Assembly (NCBI GenBank): GCA_937958995.1
Contig: CALGAP010000019.1
Coordinates: 2,370 to 66,369 of the forward strand
Source: an uncultured Chitinophagaceae bacterium
Lineage (GTDB): Bacteria; Bacteroidota; Bacteroidia; Chitinophagales; Chitinophagaceae
Direction: 5' to 3'
Length of the DNA stretch: 64,000 nt
Made by a program: the position numbers and the translations under genes. This document shows positions 50,474-58,806 of this stretch, in pieces (position 1 is the stretch's first letter; every line of letters starts with the position of its first letter). Below the pieces are notes generated by a model that did no database searches, was not told where the DNA came from, and saw only the letters and a list, made by a program, of their open reading frames with translations.

Positions 50474-52153
50474 TTACCTCAGTGAGGTTAATATTTGTTG
50501 AGCAATCTGCTGGTTGTTGTTGGTAGAAACGATCAGTCCTTCCACGCGGCCGTTGCGTGCGCGCAGCGCGCCAATCCAGGGAAACTGTTGTCCGTTGGCA
50601 GCCGAGAAGCCGCTCAGCACGGTGAAACCGTTCATGGTGCCCGTTTGCTGGTAACCGATCTGGATATTGCTGGCGTAAAGCATCATCCGCAAATCTTCCA
50701 TTGCCTGCTCTACGGAATAGGAATCGGGAAAGTCGTACACTTCTGCCGTGGCGGCGTCATTGGGACAACGAATTACTGCAGCCAGCATGGGTACATTGGG
50801 ATAAGGCCTGCGTACCACCTGGGAACCGCGCGGATAGACAAACTTGATGTTGCCGTTGTAGGTCACGTAGTTGGCGTTGCCTCCGCCGCCTCCGCCACCA
50901 GGATTATTGCCACCGCCGCCACCGCCGGTGTTGCCGCTGCCCATGTTGGAGTTGGGTGCATTCGCAAAATCATTATTCTGCGCTCCGCCTTCCCATTTGG
51001 CAACGATTTCATCAATTTTTTGCTGGGTGAAATTATCTTCCTTCAGTTCCATAGGTTGCACACCGTTTTTCAGTTCCTGCGACACGTCCACGATATAGTA
51101 CCTGTCGTCGCCCATCTGTGCGCGCTGGAAGAACTCGTTCAGTTCTTTCATACCCATCTGAAGAGCCTCATCTGCCGATTTGGATCCGCCGATGCCTGCG
51201 CCCCCGATGGCGGTAGCTTCAATGGCGTAATATTGTCCGTTGAGGCGGAAGCCAGGATACGCATGTCCCGGAATGTAGAAGATCACCGGGTCCATACCGG
51301 CATTGCGCATCACGCTGGCATACAGGAAGCTGAGTTCGATACACAGGCCGGTGTTATTACGAAGCACCTCGCGCGGCAGCCGCACGCGTTGCACCAGCGT
51401 TTGAATATCACCGGTACTCGAGGGAACGGCTTGCGTGCTGCTGTACACCATGCCCGAACGTAAGGTAGCTTCGTAAATAGCTTTCAGGAACCGCACACCT
51501 TCTTCGGCAGTGCGGGTAACGCCGGCTGTCTCACCTTTCAGTATCTTTTCCTGTATTTTGCCGGTATAGTAGCGTACCACCGGGTCTTCGGCCGTAATAA
51601 AGCAAACCGACAGCGGGTTGTTTTGCATAATGTCTGCGTAGCTCACGATTTCCGATGCCGGCATATCTGTGTATGCAAAATCGCCTATCGCCATCATGGT
51701 GAAGGTAAACGTCTCCTTGATCTCTTTACGGTTTCCGGCCGGTCCCCAGGAGATCCTCAGTTCAGCCTTCTCTTTAGATTGGCTGTTTTTCTCCGTGATC
51801 TTCTGGTCGAAGGCGGGATAGCCCATGGCCACAATCTTTTGTCCGGGCAGCACGTTGGGTGAGGTGATGGCCTCCTGCCACTCATCGATATATTTCGGGA
51901 TACGGTATTCCACTTTCAGGTTTTCCGCCATTTTATCGCCATCATTTTCGATAATGGCCTTAAACAGATTGTACCTGCCTCCGAGTACTTCGGGATTAGC
52001 ATACACTTTGTAAGCCGCAGGCATAATGTAGGTCGCCGGTTTTATCTTCACTTTAAGGTCGGGCGAGCCGCTGAAAAACCAGCCATAAGAGAACAGTAGC
52101 GCTCCGGCGACAAACAGCAAAATCGGCCCGAGCGGATTTTTAATGAATCGCAT
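50474..52153 (-). CDS. Membrane-anchored transglutaminase-like (papain-fold) protein with a poly-Gly linker and a C-terminal domain of unknown function
   Basis: N-terminal TM helix (ILLFVAGALLFSYGWFF). The transglutaminase-core triad context is GLCIELSFLYASVMRNAG (Cys codon 51341-51343), IPGHAYPGF (His codon 51263-51265) and YYAIEAT. A Gly-rich linker is GSGNTGGGGGGNNPGGGGGGGN. Confidence 0.6.
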   Translation of the reverse strand: MRFIKNPLGPILLFVAGALLFSYGWFFSGSPDLKVKIKPATYIMPAAYKVYANPEVLGGRYNLFKAIIENDGDKMAENLKVEYRIPKYIDEWQEAITSPNVLPGQKIVAMGYPAFDQKITEKNSQSKEKAELRISWGPAGNRKEIKETFTFTMMAIGDFAYTDMPASEIVSYADIMQNNPLSVCFITAEDPVVRYYTGKIQEKILKGETAGVTRTAEEGVRFLKAIYEATLRSGMVYSSTQAVPSSTGDIQTLVQRVRLPREVLRNNTGLCIELSFLYASVMRNAGMDPVIFYIPGHAYPGFRLNGQYYAIEATAIGGAGIGGSKSADEALQMGMKELNEFFQRAQMGDDRYYIVDVSQELKNGVQPMELKEDNFTQQKIDEIVAKWEGGAQNNDFANAPNSNMGSGNTGGGGGGNNPGGGGGGGNANYVTYNGNIKFVYPRGSQVVRRPYPNVPMLAAVIRCPNDAATAEVYDFPDSYSVEQAMEDLRMMLYASNIQIGYQQTGTMNGFTVLSGFSAANGQQFPWIGALRARNGRVEGLIVSTNNNQQIAQQILTSLR

Positions 52154-52424
52154 CTTGAGTGTTTTAGTTGGGGGTGAATAGGGTTGTTTAGAAGTATATC
52201 AGGTAAGGTGGGAGAAGGTGAACAGGGGGGAACAGGACGAAACCACCACTGTGCATATCTCCATCTACAACGAATCGCGCGAAAGAATGGAAATTGATCA
52301 ATAGCGATGACCCACAGGTGAGAGAAAAAGCAATGCGGGGCACGATGACGCAGAAGAAAATCGTGCTGGAGGAATTGAAATAAGCGGGAAAATTCTTTTG
52401 GAAGCCCGCGTTCAGCGACCCCGT

Positions 52425-53534
52425 TTACAGGATGCCATGTTTCGTGAGAATATCCAATATTGCAGGCTTTAGTACTTGCAGCATTCTGTCGAAACCAATA
52501 TCATTGGGGTGCGTCCCATCCGTAGTACCTTCATGATCATCTCCCAGCAGTTGGTCTGCTGGTATGAAGTAGATATTCTTCACGCCTTTTTGCTGAAGCA
52601 GCTCAAATTCCTTTCGCGCGTTTTCATTTTGCTGGCGAACCCGTTCTCCCACTTTTTGATCGAAGTAACCATGTTCCCTGATCACACTTTGCACCAGGAT
52701 GATGGGCGCGGAAGGATGCTTCGCCCTGATGGCATTAACCAGGTAAGCGGTTCTCTGCTTTATTTCTTCCGGTGAGGGATTGGGAATGCAGTCGAGAACG
52801 AAAGCGTCAGCATCCACAGAAGCCACGAGGTCGGCAGCGGCCTTTTCCATTTTGGCACTTCCGCTGAGTCCCATGTTGATGAAGTTCAAACCAGTTGCTC
52901 TCGACAAACGAGCGGGGTAGGCCATTCCGGGCCTGCTGGCTGAAGATCCCTGCACAATACTCGATCCATAAATCAATATCCTTTTGCGGAAAGGCTCAGC
53001 GCCGGCCCTGATGGTGCTGCCGTCATCGATACCGATCTCAACATCACTAACCTTGTCGTATAGGGGCAGGTACAAAAGACATTCCTTTTCGCTGCTGTCC
53101 ATATTTTTGACGATGACGGCTTCTGAGCAGCGTGCTTCAGGTCTTCCCGCCCCGGCAAACTGCCATTTGCCATCGTTCTTGATATAGAGGTCGAGGCCTT
53201 TGTTGGCTATCGAGGTCATGTTGGTGTAGGGCGCTGCATCGGTCACACACCATTTTGCCGAAATGGTACTACTGTTGGTTACAAATGAGATGGCCATACC
53301 CGCGGAATGGGTCAGCAGTCTTTTTACGCTGCGAGGTAATGCCGGATATTCGGCGCTGTCTACCCTGTTAAATTCAGTTGTATGGGGAAATATTTTACCT
53401 GTGATTGTTAACGAAGAGGTTTTCGTATAAACTGGTGTTTTTACTTGTGCGGAAAGTTTTGCCATAAAAACTATTTGCAGTACAAAGATGCCTGCTATTC
53501 GTACCGACATGATCCGGAATCTGTTTGTCATCAT
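52425..53534 (-). CDS. SGNH/GDSL-type esterase with an N-terminal GxDLY beta-sandwich domain, secreted
   Basis: Signal peptide. KGLDLYIKNDGKW (GxDLY) is present. SGNH block I is LIYGSSIVQGSSAS and block V is DGTHPND. Confidence 0.75.
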   Translation of the reverse strand: MMTNRFRIMSVRIAGIFVLQIVFMAKLSAQVKTPVYTKTSSLTITGKIFPHTTEFNRVDSAEYPALPRSVKRLLTHSAGMAISFVTNSSTISAKWCVTDAAPYTNMTSIANKGLDLYIKNDGKWQFAGAGRPEARCSEAVIVKNMDSSEKECLLYLPLYDKVSDVEIGIDDGSTIRAGAEPFRKRILIYGSSIVQGSSASRPGMAYPARLSRATGLNFINMGLSGSAKMEKAAADLVASVDADAFVLDCIPNPSPEEIKQRTAYLVNAIRAKHPSAPIILVQSVIREHGYFDQKVGERVRQQNENARKEFELLQQKGVKNIYFIPADQLLGDDHEGTTDGTHPNDIGFDRMLQVLKPAILDILTKHGIL

Positions 53535-53547
53535 GCAATGAAATTTG

Positions 53548-55212
53548 TTATTTTTCTAAAATTTCGCTGATAGGCTCGCCAATGGAGCCACTTGGCAGCT
53601 GAATGTGTAAAAGGAAGCTAACCGTTGGCGCAATGTCGGAAATAGAAATTTGCCGTGTGGTGCTTCCGTGCTTTATACCCCAACCCATCCAAACCAGCGG
53701 TATATGCGAATCGTATGAACTCCAATGCCCATGGTCAACCCCGGTTTTTGATTTGGAAGGAAAATATCCCGTCTTTGATACCAGGAAGATCACGCCGCTT
53801 CTTTCGCGGTGGTACCCGTTTCTGAGCCTTTCGAGTAGTGCGGTGGGAAGGTTGGCGTTGGCCAGGTCATTCAGGTCTACTGCCCATGCAAATTCATCCT
53901 TTTGCTGGAAAAAATCCACGCAGTCCTTCCGGATGGCATTTTCGTCCAGTTGGGCATTCCTGATCAATGTATAGTCCAGGTGCACTTCATTATTTACCAG
54001 GCTTCGAATGATCTTACTTTGTCCGTATTTTTTTTCGAGAAAAGCATTGACTTCTTCCAGGAGCGAGGAGCTGTTGAGCCATCCGCCGGGGAGCCGGTGA
54101 TCGTTGAGCAATCCCGGGTTGTGCGGCGCGCCGTGATCGGCCGTAAGAAAAACGGTGTAACTGCCTTTTCCCAGCCGCTTGTCGAGAAAATCAAAAAAAT
54201 CTGCCAGGTCTTTGTCAAGACGCAGGTAAGTGTCTTCCACTTCAATGGAATTAATCCCAAACTGGTGTCCCACATAATCGGTTGATGAAAGGCTGATAGC
54301 CAGAAAATCGGGCACTGTGTTGTTGCCCAGGTTTTCGTTTTCCACAGCCCTTTTTGCCATGTCCAGGGTAAGTGTGTTACCAAAGGGTGTCGACAGAATG
54401 ATACTCCTGCCGATTGTTTTGGCCAGTTCGCCTAACCTTACCGGGAAACCAGCCTCTTTAGTTCCTTTATAAGGAGTTTCGTAGGTATTGAGGTCAGGGG
54501 TGCTTTGCAGATAGGTGTCGATTGGATACAGTGTGTTCCAGTCTTCCCGCAGGTATTTGTCAACCAGCTTTTCTTCGTTCAGTTTCTTCACCCATTCTGG
54601 CAATTCTTTCATATACCAGGAGCTGCTGATCCAGTTGCCGGTAGTACCCTCCATCCAGTAAGCGGCATCGGCGGCATGACCGGCCGGTAAAATGGCGCCG
54701 CGGTCTTTGATAGAAATACCGATGTTTTTCGACCGGAAATTGGTCGCCAGCTTTAGCTCGTCGGTTACGGTGGTGGTCAACAGGTTTTTGGGCGACATCT
54801 TTCCTGCATCTGAATGGCTGCCCACCGCCTGCACGGTGCTGTCGCCCACGCAATACATCGGGGCCCCGGTTTTTTGTTCGATAAAGTCATTACCGGCAAT
54901 GCCATGAATAGCCGGTACCGTGCCGGTGTATACCGAGGCGTGGCCAATGGCGGTTTTGGTGGGCAGGTAGTTGATGATGGTGTTTTCGCAGGTAAATCCC
55001 TCGCTCAGCATTCTGCGAAACCCGCCGGTGCCGTAGCGGTCGTAGTAGCGGTACAGGTAATCCCATCTCATCTGATCAACTACAATACCCACCACCAGTT
55101 TTGGACGAGGCAGTGAGGACTGGTTGTTCCCCTGGGTAAAAGCGGCGGTTGCGGCGATCGAGGAGATAAGCAGCAGGATTAACCGGGCAAAAGTGTTCAA
55201 TCCCATATTCAT
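53548..55212 (-). CDS. pafA: PafA-type alkaline phosphatase (nucleotide pyrophosphatase/phosphodiesterase superfamily), secreted
   Basis: Signal peptide. VVDQMRWDYLYRYYDRY, the Thr nucleophile context YLPTKTAIGHASVYTG, and LTADHGAPHNPG with VDHGHWSSYDSHIP metal-ligand blocks are present. The size (554 aa) is typical of Bacteroidota PafA. Confidence 0.8.
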   Translation of the reverse strand: MNMGLNTFARLILLLISSIAATAAFTQGNNQSSLPRPKLVVGIVVDQMRWDYLYRYYDRYGTGGFRRMLSEGFTCENTIINYLPTKTAIGHASVYTGTVPAIHGIAGNDFIEQKTGAPMYCVGDSTVQAVGSHSDAGKMSPKNLLTTTVTDELKLATNFRSKNIGISIKDRGAILPAGHAADAAYWMEGTTGNWISSSWYMKELPEWVKKLNEEKLVDKYLREDWNTLYPIDTYLQSTPDLNTYETPYKGTKEAGFPVRLGELAKTIGRSIILSTPFGNTLTLDMAKRAVENENLGNNTVPDFLAISLSSTDYVGHQFGINSIEVEDTYLRLDKDLADFFDFLDKRLGKGSYTVFLTADHGAPHNPGLLNDHRLPGGWLNSSSLLEEVNAFLEKKYGQSKIIRSLVNNEVHLDYTLIRNAQLDENAIRKDCVDFFQQKDEFAWAVDLNDLANANLPTALLERLRNGYHRERSGVIFLVSKTGYFPSKSKTGVDHGHWSSYDSHIPLVWMGWGIKHGSTTRQISISDIAPTVSFLLHIQLPSGSIGEPISEILEK

Positions 55213-55251
55213 GACTTGGTTTTTGAAGAGGGCACTAAACTGTTGAACTTC

Positions 55252-56148
55252 TTAACGCAGGTTTTTACTTTTCAAATAATGGATCAGGTATTCGGGGCGG
55301 TCCGTTTGAATGATCCGTGCGTTTAGAGTATGAATCAGGTAGCCATAACCGTTATCCGGATTGTCCAGCGACGCATCGTCGTCGTGCCCACCGGCCAGGG
55401 TGTCCCAAAGTGTGTTGTACCAGATGAGGCTTTTGCCTTTCAGCATATTTACAACCTGCCTGGGCAAAGGATTGCTGTCAGAAGCATATACCAGTTCAAA
55501 GGCTACTGGCTTCAGTTCTTTCAGAAAATCTTCTATTTTCTGCAGGGCGTTTGGCTGGTCAAGGTTTACAATTGGCATGTAAATAATCTTGTCGAGGTAT
55601 TTGCCAAACTCCTGCTTTACCCGCGCCGCGGGTTGGGATCCTTTCATGATCACGTGATCGGTGGTGCCGGTTTTTTCCAGCAAGGCATATACTTCGTCAA
55701 ATAATTCATAGGCCTTATCAAGGTTCAGCATCACTTTTCCTTTAGCCGCCAGCAAGGCTTCTTCCAGCGTAGGCACCTGGTGCCTGGTCCGGATGGCAGC
55801 GCCGTTTTTCAGCTTCAGTGTTTTGATGGAGTCGAGTGTCCAGTCAGACACCCTGCCTTTTCCCGTCGTGGTTCTGTCCAGTGTCCTGTCGTGCATTAAA
55901 ACCAGGTGACCATCTTTGGTCCTGGCTACGTCTACTTCAATAATGTCAACTCCCAGTTTGATGGCATTTTCAATTGCCAGGATCGAGTTTTCCGGCGCAT
56001 AGCGCCAATCTCCGCGGTGGGCTACCACCATCACCTGGCTGGTGTTTTTGTCGAAAAGCTTTTTTCGTATCCCTGCAATCCTGTCCTGTGCAAAAAGGCC
56101 TGTGGCAAAGAGAAAGAGAAAAATTTTTAGCAAGCAAATCTTTTTCAT
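55252..56148 (-). CDS. Glycerophosphodiester phosphodiesterase family protein (GDPD), secreted, paralogue A
   Basis: Signal peptide, VVAHRGDWRYAPENS, IEVDVARTKDGHLVLMHD; 298 aa. Confidence 0.85.
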   Translation of the reverse strand: MKKICLLKIFLFLFATGLFAQDRIAGIRKKLFDKNTSQVMVVAHRGDWRYAPENSILAIENAIKLGVDIIEVDVARTKDGHLVLMHDRTLDRTTTGKGRVSDWTLDSIKTLKLKNGAAIRTRHQVPTLEEALLAAKGKVMLNLDKAYELFDEVYALLEKTGTTDHVIMKGSQPAARVKQEFGKYLDKIIYMPIVNLDQPNALQKIEDFLKELKPVAFELVYASDSNPLPRQVVNMLKGKSLIWYNTLWDTLAGGHDDDASLDNPDNGYGYLIHTLNARIIQTDRPEYLIHYLKSKNLR

Positions 56149-56161
56149 AGTCTTTGTTTAA

Positions 56162-57058
56162 CTATCGCCTGTTGTTTTTTTCCAGATAATCCAGCAGCAG
56201 AAAGGGACGGTCTGTCATGATAGCGTCCGCCCCTTTTTTCAATAGCCAGCCATAGCTGTTTTCGAGGTCGGTAGTGGCCAGCTCATCGTCATGGCCATCG
56301 TTAAATTTCTGGCCGACCAGGGAATTAAACCAAACCCTGATTCCTTTTTTCTTTATCTCCGGAATCCTGTCCAGAATCGGATCTTTGTCGTTGCTAAAAG
56401 CGATGCCTATGACAGCTGCGTTGGTGTTTTCGAGATAATCGTTCAGTTGTTCATTTGATTTGTCGGTACCTGCCGTCACCACTGGAATGTAATTGATCTT
56501 GTTGATGTCTTCGCCAAAAAGTTCTTTCATCCTGGCAGATGGCATAGTACTCCGGAAAATAAGCTGGTTCAGGCAGTCCACCTTGCGGGCGATGGCCAGC
56601 ACTTTTTCCCTAACGGGTTGCCATTTGTCTATGTGAAGCAGCACCTTGCCTTTGCAAAGCCGCAGCACTTCTTCCAGCGTAGGCACCTGTTGTCTTGTTT
56701 GCGTGTTGATGCCGGTCTTCAGGCGCAATGCTTTGATTTCTGCGAGGGTCAGGTCGCTGACTTTTCCTCTGCCGTTGGTGGTGCGGTTGACTGTTGCATC
56801 GTGCATGATCACGATCTCGCCGTCTTTGGTTTCCTGCACATCGATCTCAATACCATCAAAACCTGCATCGATGCAATTTTGGAAGGCCTGCAATGAATTT
56901 TCCGGTGCATTTCTCCATTCGCCGCGATGCGCAATAATCATCACATAATTACTGGTGTCGGTTAGCCTCGAAAGGGGAAAGCGGGCGCCGTTGTTTCCCT
57001 GCGCAAAGGAAACAACGGGCCAGCATACCACGAGGCATATAAACAACAATTTCCTCAT
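56162..57058 (-). CDS. Glycerophosphodiester phosphodiesterase family protein (GDPD), secreted, paralogue B
   Basis: Signal peptide, IIAHRGEWRNAPENS, IEIDVQETKDGEIVIMHD; 298 aa. It is colinear with paralogue A. Confidence 0.85.
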   Translation of the reverse strand: MRKLLFICLVVCWPVVSFAQGNNGARFPLSRLTDTSNYVMIIAHRGEWRNAPENSLQAFQNCIDAGFDGIEIDVQETKDGEIVIMHDATVNRTTNGRGKVSDLTLAEIKALRLKTGINTQTRQQVPTLEEVLRLCKGKVLLHIDKWQPVREKVLAIARKVDCLNQLIFRSTMPSARMKELFGEDINKINYIPVVTAGTDKSNEQLNDYLENTNAAVIGIAFSNDKDPILDRIPEIKKKGIRVWFNSLVGQKFNDGHDDELATTDLENSYGWLLKKGADAIMTDRPFLLLDYLEKNNRR

Positions 57059-57078
57059 TAATATGAATTGAGTAAATT

Positions 57079-58788
57079 TTACCAGTTAGGGTTTTGCGTT
57101 AGCTTGCCACCGGTTAACACAATCTCGCTGGTGGGTATGGGCCATAAATAATCCCTGTCTTCGTTCCAGGTTATGTTGATGGTGGGGTAAGCAACGATAT
57201 AACCCGAGTTGCCATTTGAAAGTATGATATCCTTTCCGATTTCCTTGCTAACGCCGCCGCTGATAGTCTCTGGCGTGCCTGTCCAGAGCACCAGGTCATC
57301 ATTACCGTCATTGTCCATATCATACCTTCCGGGACCGGGGAAATAACAGCCGTGAAATGGCAGGGTTAACTGGGTGCCTTCTTTCCAGCGCAGGATATCC
57401 CATTGGCGGAAGCCCTCCAGTGCGAGTTCTATTGTGCGTTCGCGACGGATTTCCAGAATCGCCCCGGTGAATTCGCTTTGGGTAACCCTGGGATAATATT
57501 GCAGCAGCAGCGGATCACGATCGGCATTGGCATCAGCCAGTATAAGGTTGGGCATACCAGCGCGAGCCCTGATCTTGTTGATGGATTTATCCAGGTCTGC
57601 CTGTGTTAGAGTGCCCAGTTCGGCTTTGGCTTCTGCATAATTCAGGTACACCTCTGCCGTACGGAAGAGTGGCCAGTCGGATATGGCCTTGGCGGCTCCA
57701 TCATAAGCAGATTCCGCCACAAACTTGATCGGCTGGTAGCCGGTTACCGCATTCAGTGAATTGCGGGTAGGAGTGGTGGCGCCTTTCTGAATATAACCAG
57801 GGCACAACACGGTTTGGCGCAACCTGGGATCGCGGTTTTCCACCTCCTCGGTATAGGTCATAGTTTCCCAACCCGGCTGGTCGGAAATGCGGCTGCCATC
57901 GGCCATCAGGTAATGGTTCATAAAGCGTTTGGTGAAACCTTGCTTGCCATTGCTGATATTGAAGGGAACGCCGTGGGTAATGTTGGGCCCGGCGCTGTAA
58001 ATCCTCGCCAAAATCACTTCGGTGGTATTGGCATTATCGCTGTTGAACAGGTTGCGGTATGGTTCTGAGCCGGAAGTGTACAGGGAATAACCGCTGTTGG
58101 CAATAAACTCTTCGCCTGCCGAAACCACGTGCTGGAGATATTTCTCTGCATTGGGCAGGCCGTGATATTTCCGGAAGGTACCTTCGTATAAGGCTACCCG
58201 TGTTTTCAGCGCCAGTGCTGTCCATTTGGTGACGGTTGCTATATTTTTCGCTGTGGGCAAAAGGGCAATAGCTCTGTCCAGGTCGCTGATTACCGAATCC
58301 ATCACCAGGCCGCGATCGTCGCGCTCTTTAAAAAGCAGGTCGTCGTCTGTTGAATTCAACACCTGGTTATACCAGGGCACGTCGCCATAGCGGCGCACTT
58401 TTACAAAGTAGAAATAGGCCCGGAAAAAATAGGCCACGCCATCGTAGCGGTTACGAACCGCCACATCGGGGCAGTTGCCCGAATTCTGCAGGTAATAATT
58501 GATCCTGCGCAGCATACTCCAGCTCCAGCCGCCTTCACCGGCCGGGTCGCGCTGACCCAGCATCAGCTCACCGAGCGTGTTGTCAACATTATCGTCGGCA
58601 TTCTGGCCGGCCAGCGCGTCAGCACCGTCCAACTGCGAATAAAACTGGTTTGTCCACAGCCGCAGATCGGCTTCGTTCAGAAAAAATGTTGTCGGACTGA
58701 GTTTGTCTTCCGGCGTCAATGTAAGCAGCTTCTTGCAGCTGGTCAGGGACAATATCAAAGCCGGTATTATGATGATAAATTTTTTCAT
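57079..58788 (-). CDS. SusD/RagB family outer membrane lipoprotein (organophosphate PUL-like locus)
   Basis: Lipoprotein signal (ILSLTSCKKLL) and SusD-type blocks (FFRAYFYFVKVRRYG, RTAEVYLNYAEA). It lies directly downstream of the SusC-type gene. Confidence 0.9.
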   Translation of the reverse strand: MKKFIIIIPALILSLTSCKKLLTLTPEDKLSPTTFFLNEADLRLWTNQFYSQLDGADALAGQNADDNVDNTLGELMLGQRDPAGEGGWSWSMLRRINYYLQNSGNCPDVAVRNRYDGVAYFFRAYFYFVKVRRYGDVPWYNQVLNSTDDDLLFKERDDRGLVMDSVISDLDRAIALLPTAKNIATVTKWTALALKTRVALYEGTFRKYHGLPNAEKYLQHVVSAGEEFIANSGYSLYTSGSEPYRNLFNSDNANTTEVILARIYSAGPNITHGVPFNISNGKQGFTKRFMNHYLMADGSRISDQPGWETMTYTEEVENRDPRLRQTVLCPGYIQKGATTPTRNSLNAVTGYQPIKFVAESAYDGAAKAISDWPLFRTAEVYLNYAEAKAELGTLTQADLDKSINKIRARAGMPNLILADANADRDPLLLQYYPRVTQSEFTGAILEIRRERTIELALEGFRQWDILRWKEGTQLTLPFHGCYFPGPGRYDMDNDGNDDLVLWTGTPETISGGVSKEIGKDIILSNGNSGYIVAYPTINITWNEDRDYLWPIPTSEIVLTGGKLTQNPNW

Positions 58789-58806
58789 AACAAATATGAA
58801 GCTTGG

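Noticed and set aside
50876-50938. A repetitive GCC/ACC/GCC-rich DNA stretch that at first glance looks like a short tandem repeat or array.
   Set aside because: It is the in-frame Gly/Asn-rich linker (GGGGGGNNPGGGGGGGN) of the transglutaminase-like protein. It has no spacer-repeat organisation, so it is not a CRISPR array or a VNTR of defined period.
52154-52424. A purine-rich 271-bp intergenic region with a 16-codon ORF (52333-52383) and a weak GCGGG/CCCGC stem (52384-52409).
   Set aside because: I found no recognisable RNA family, repeat or promoter box. The stem is short with a 16-nt loop, and the mini-ORF has no supporting features. It is left unannotated.
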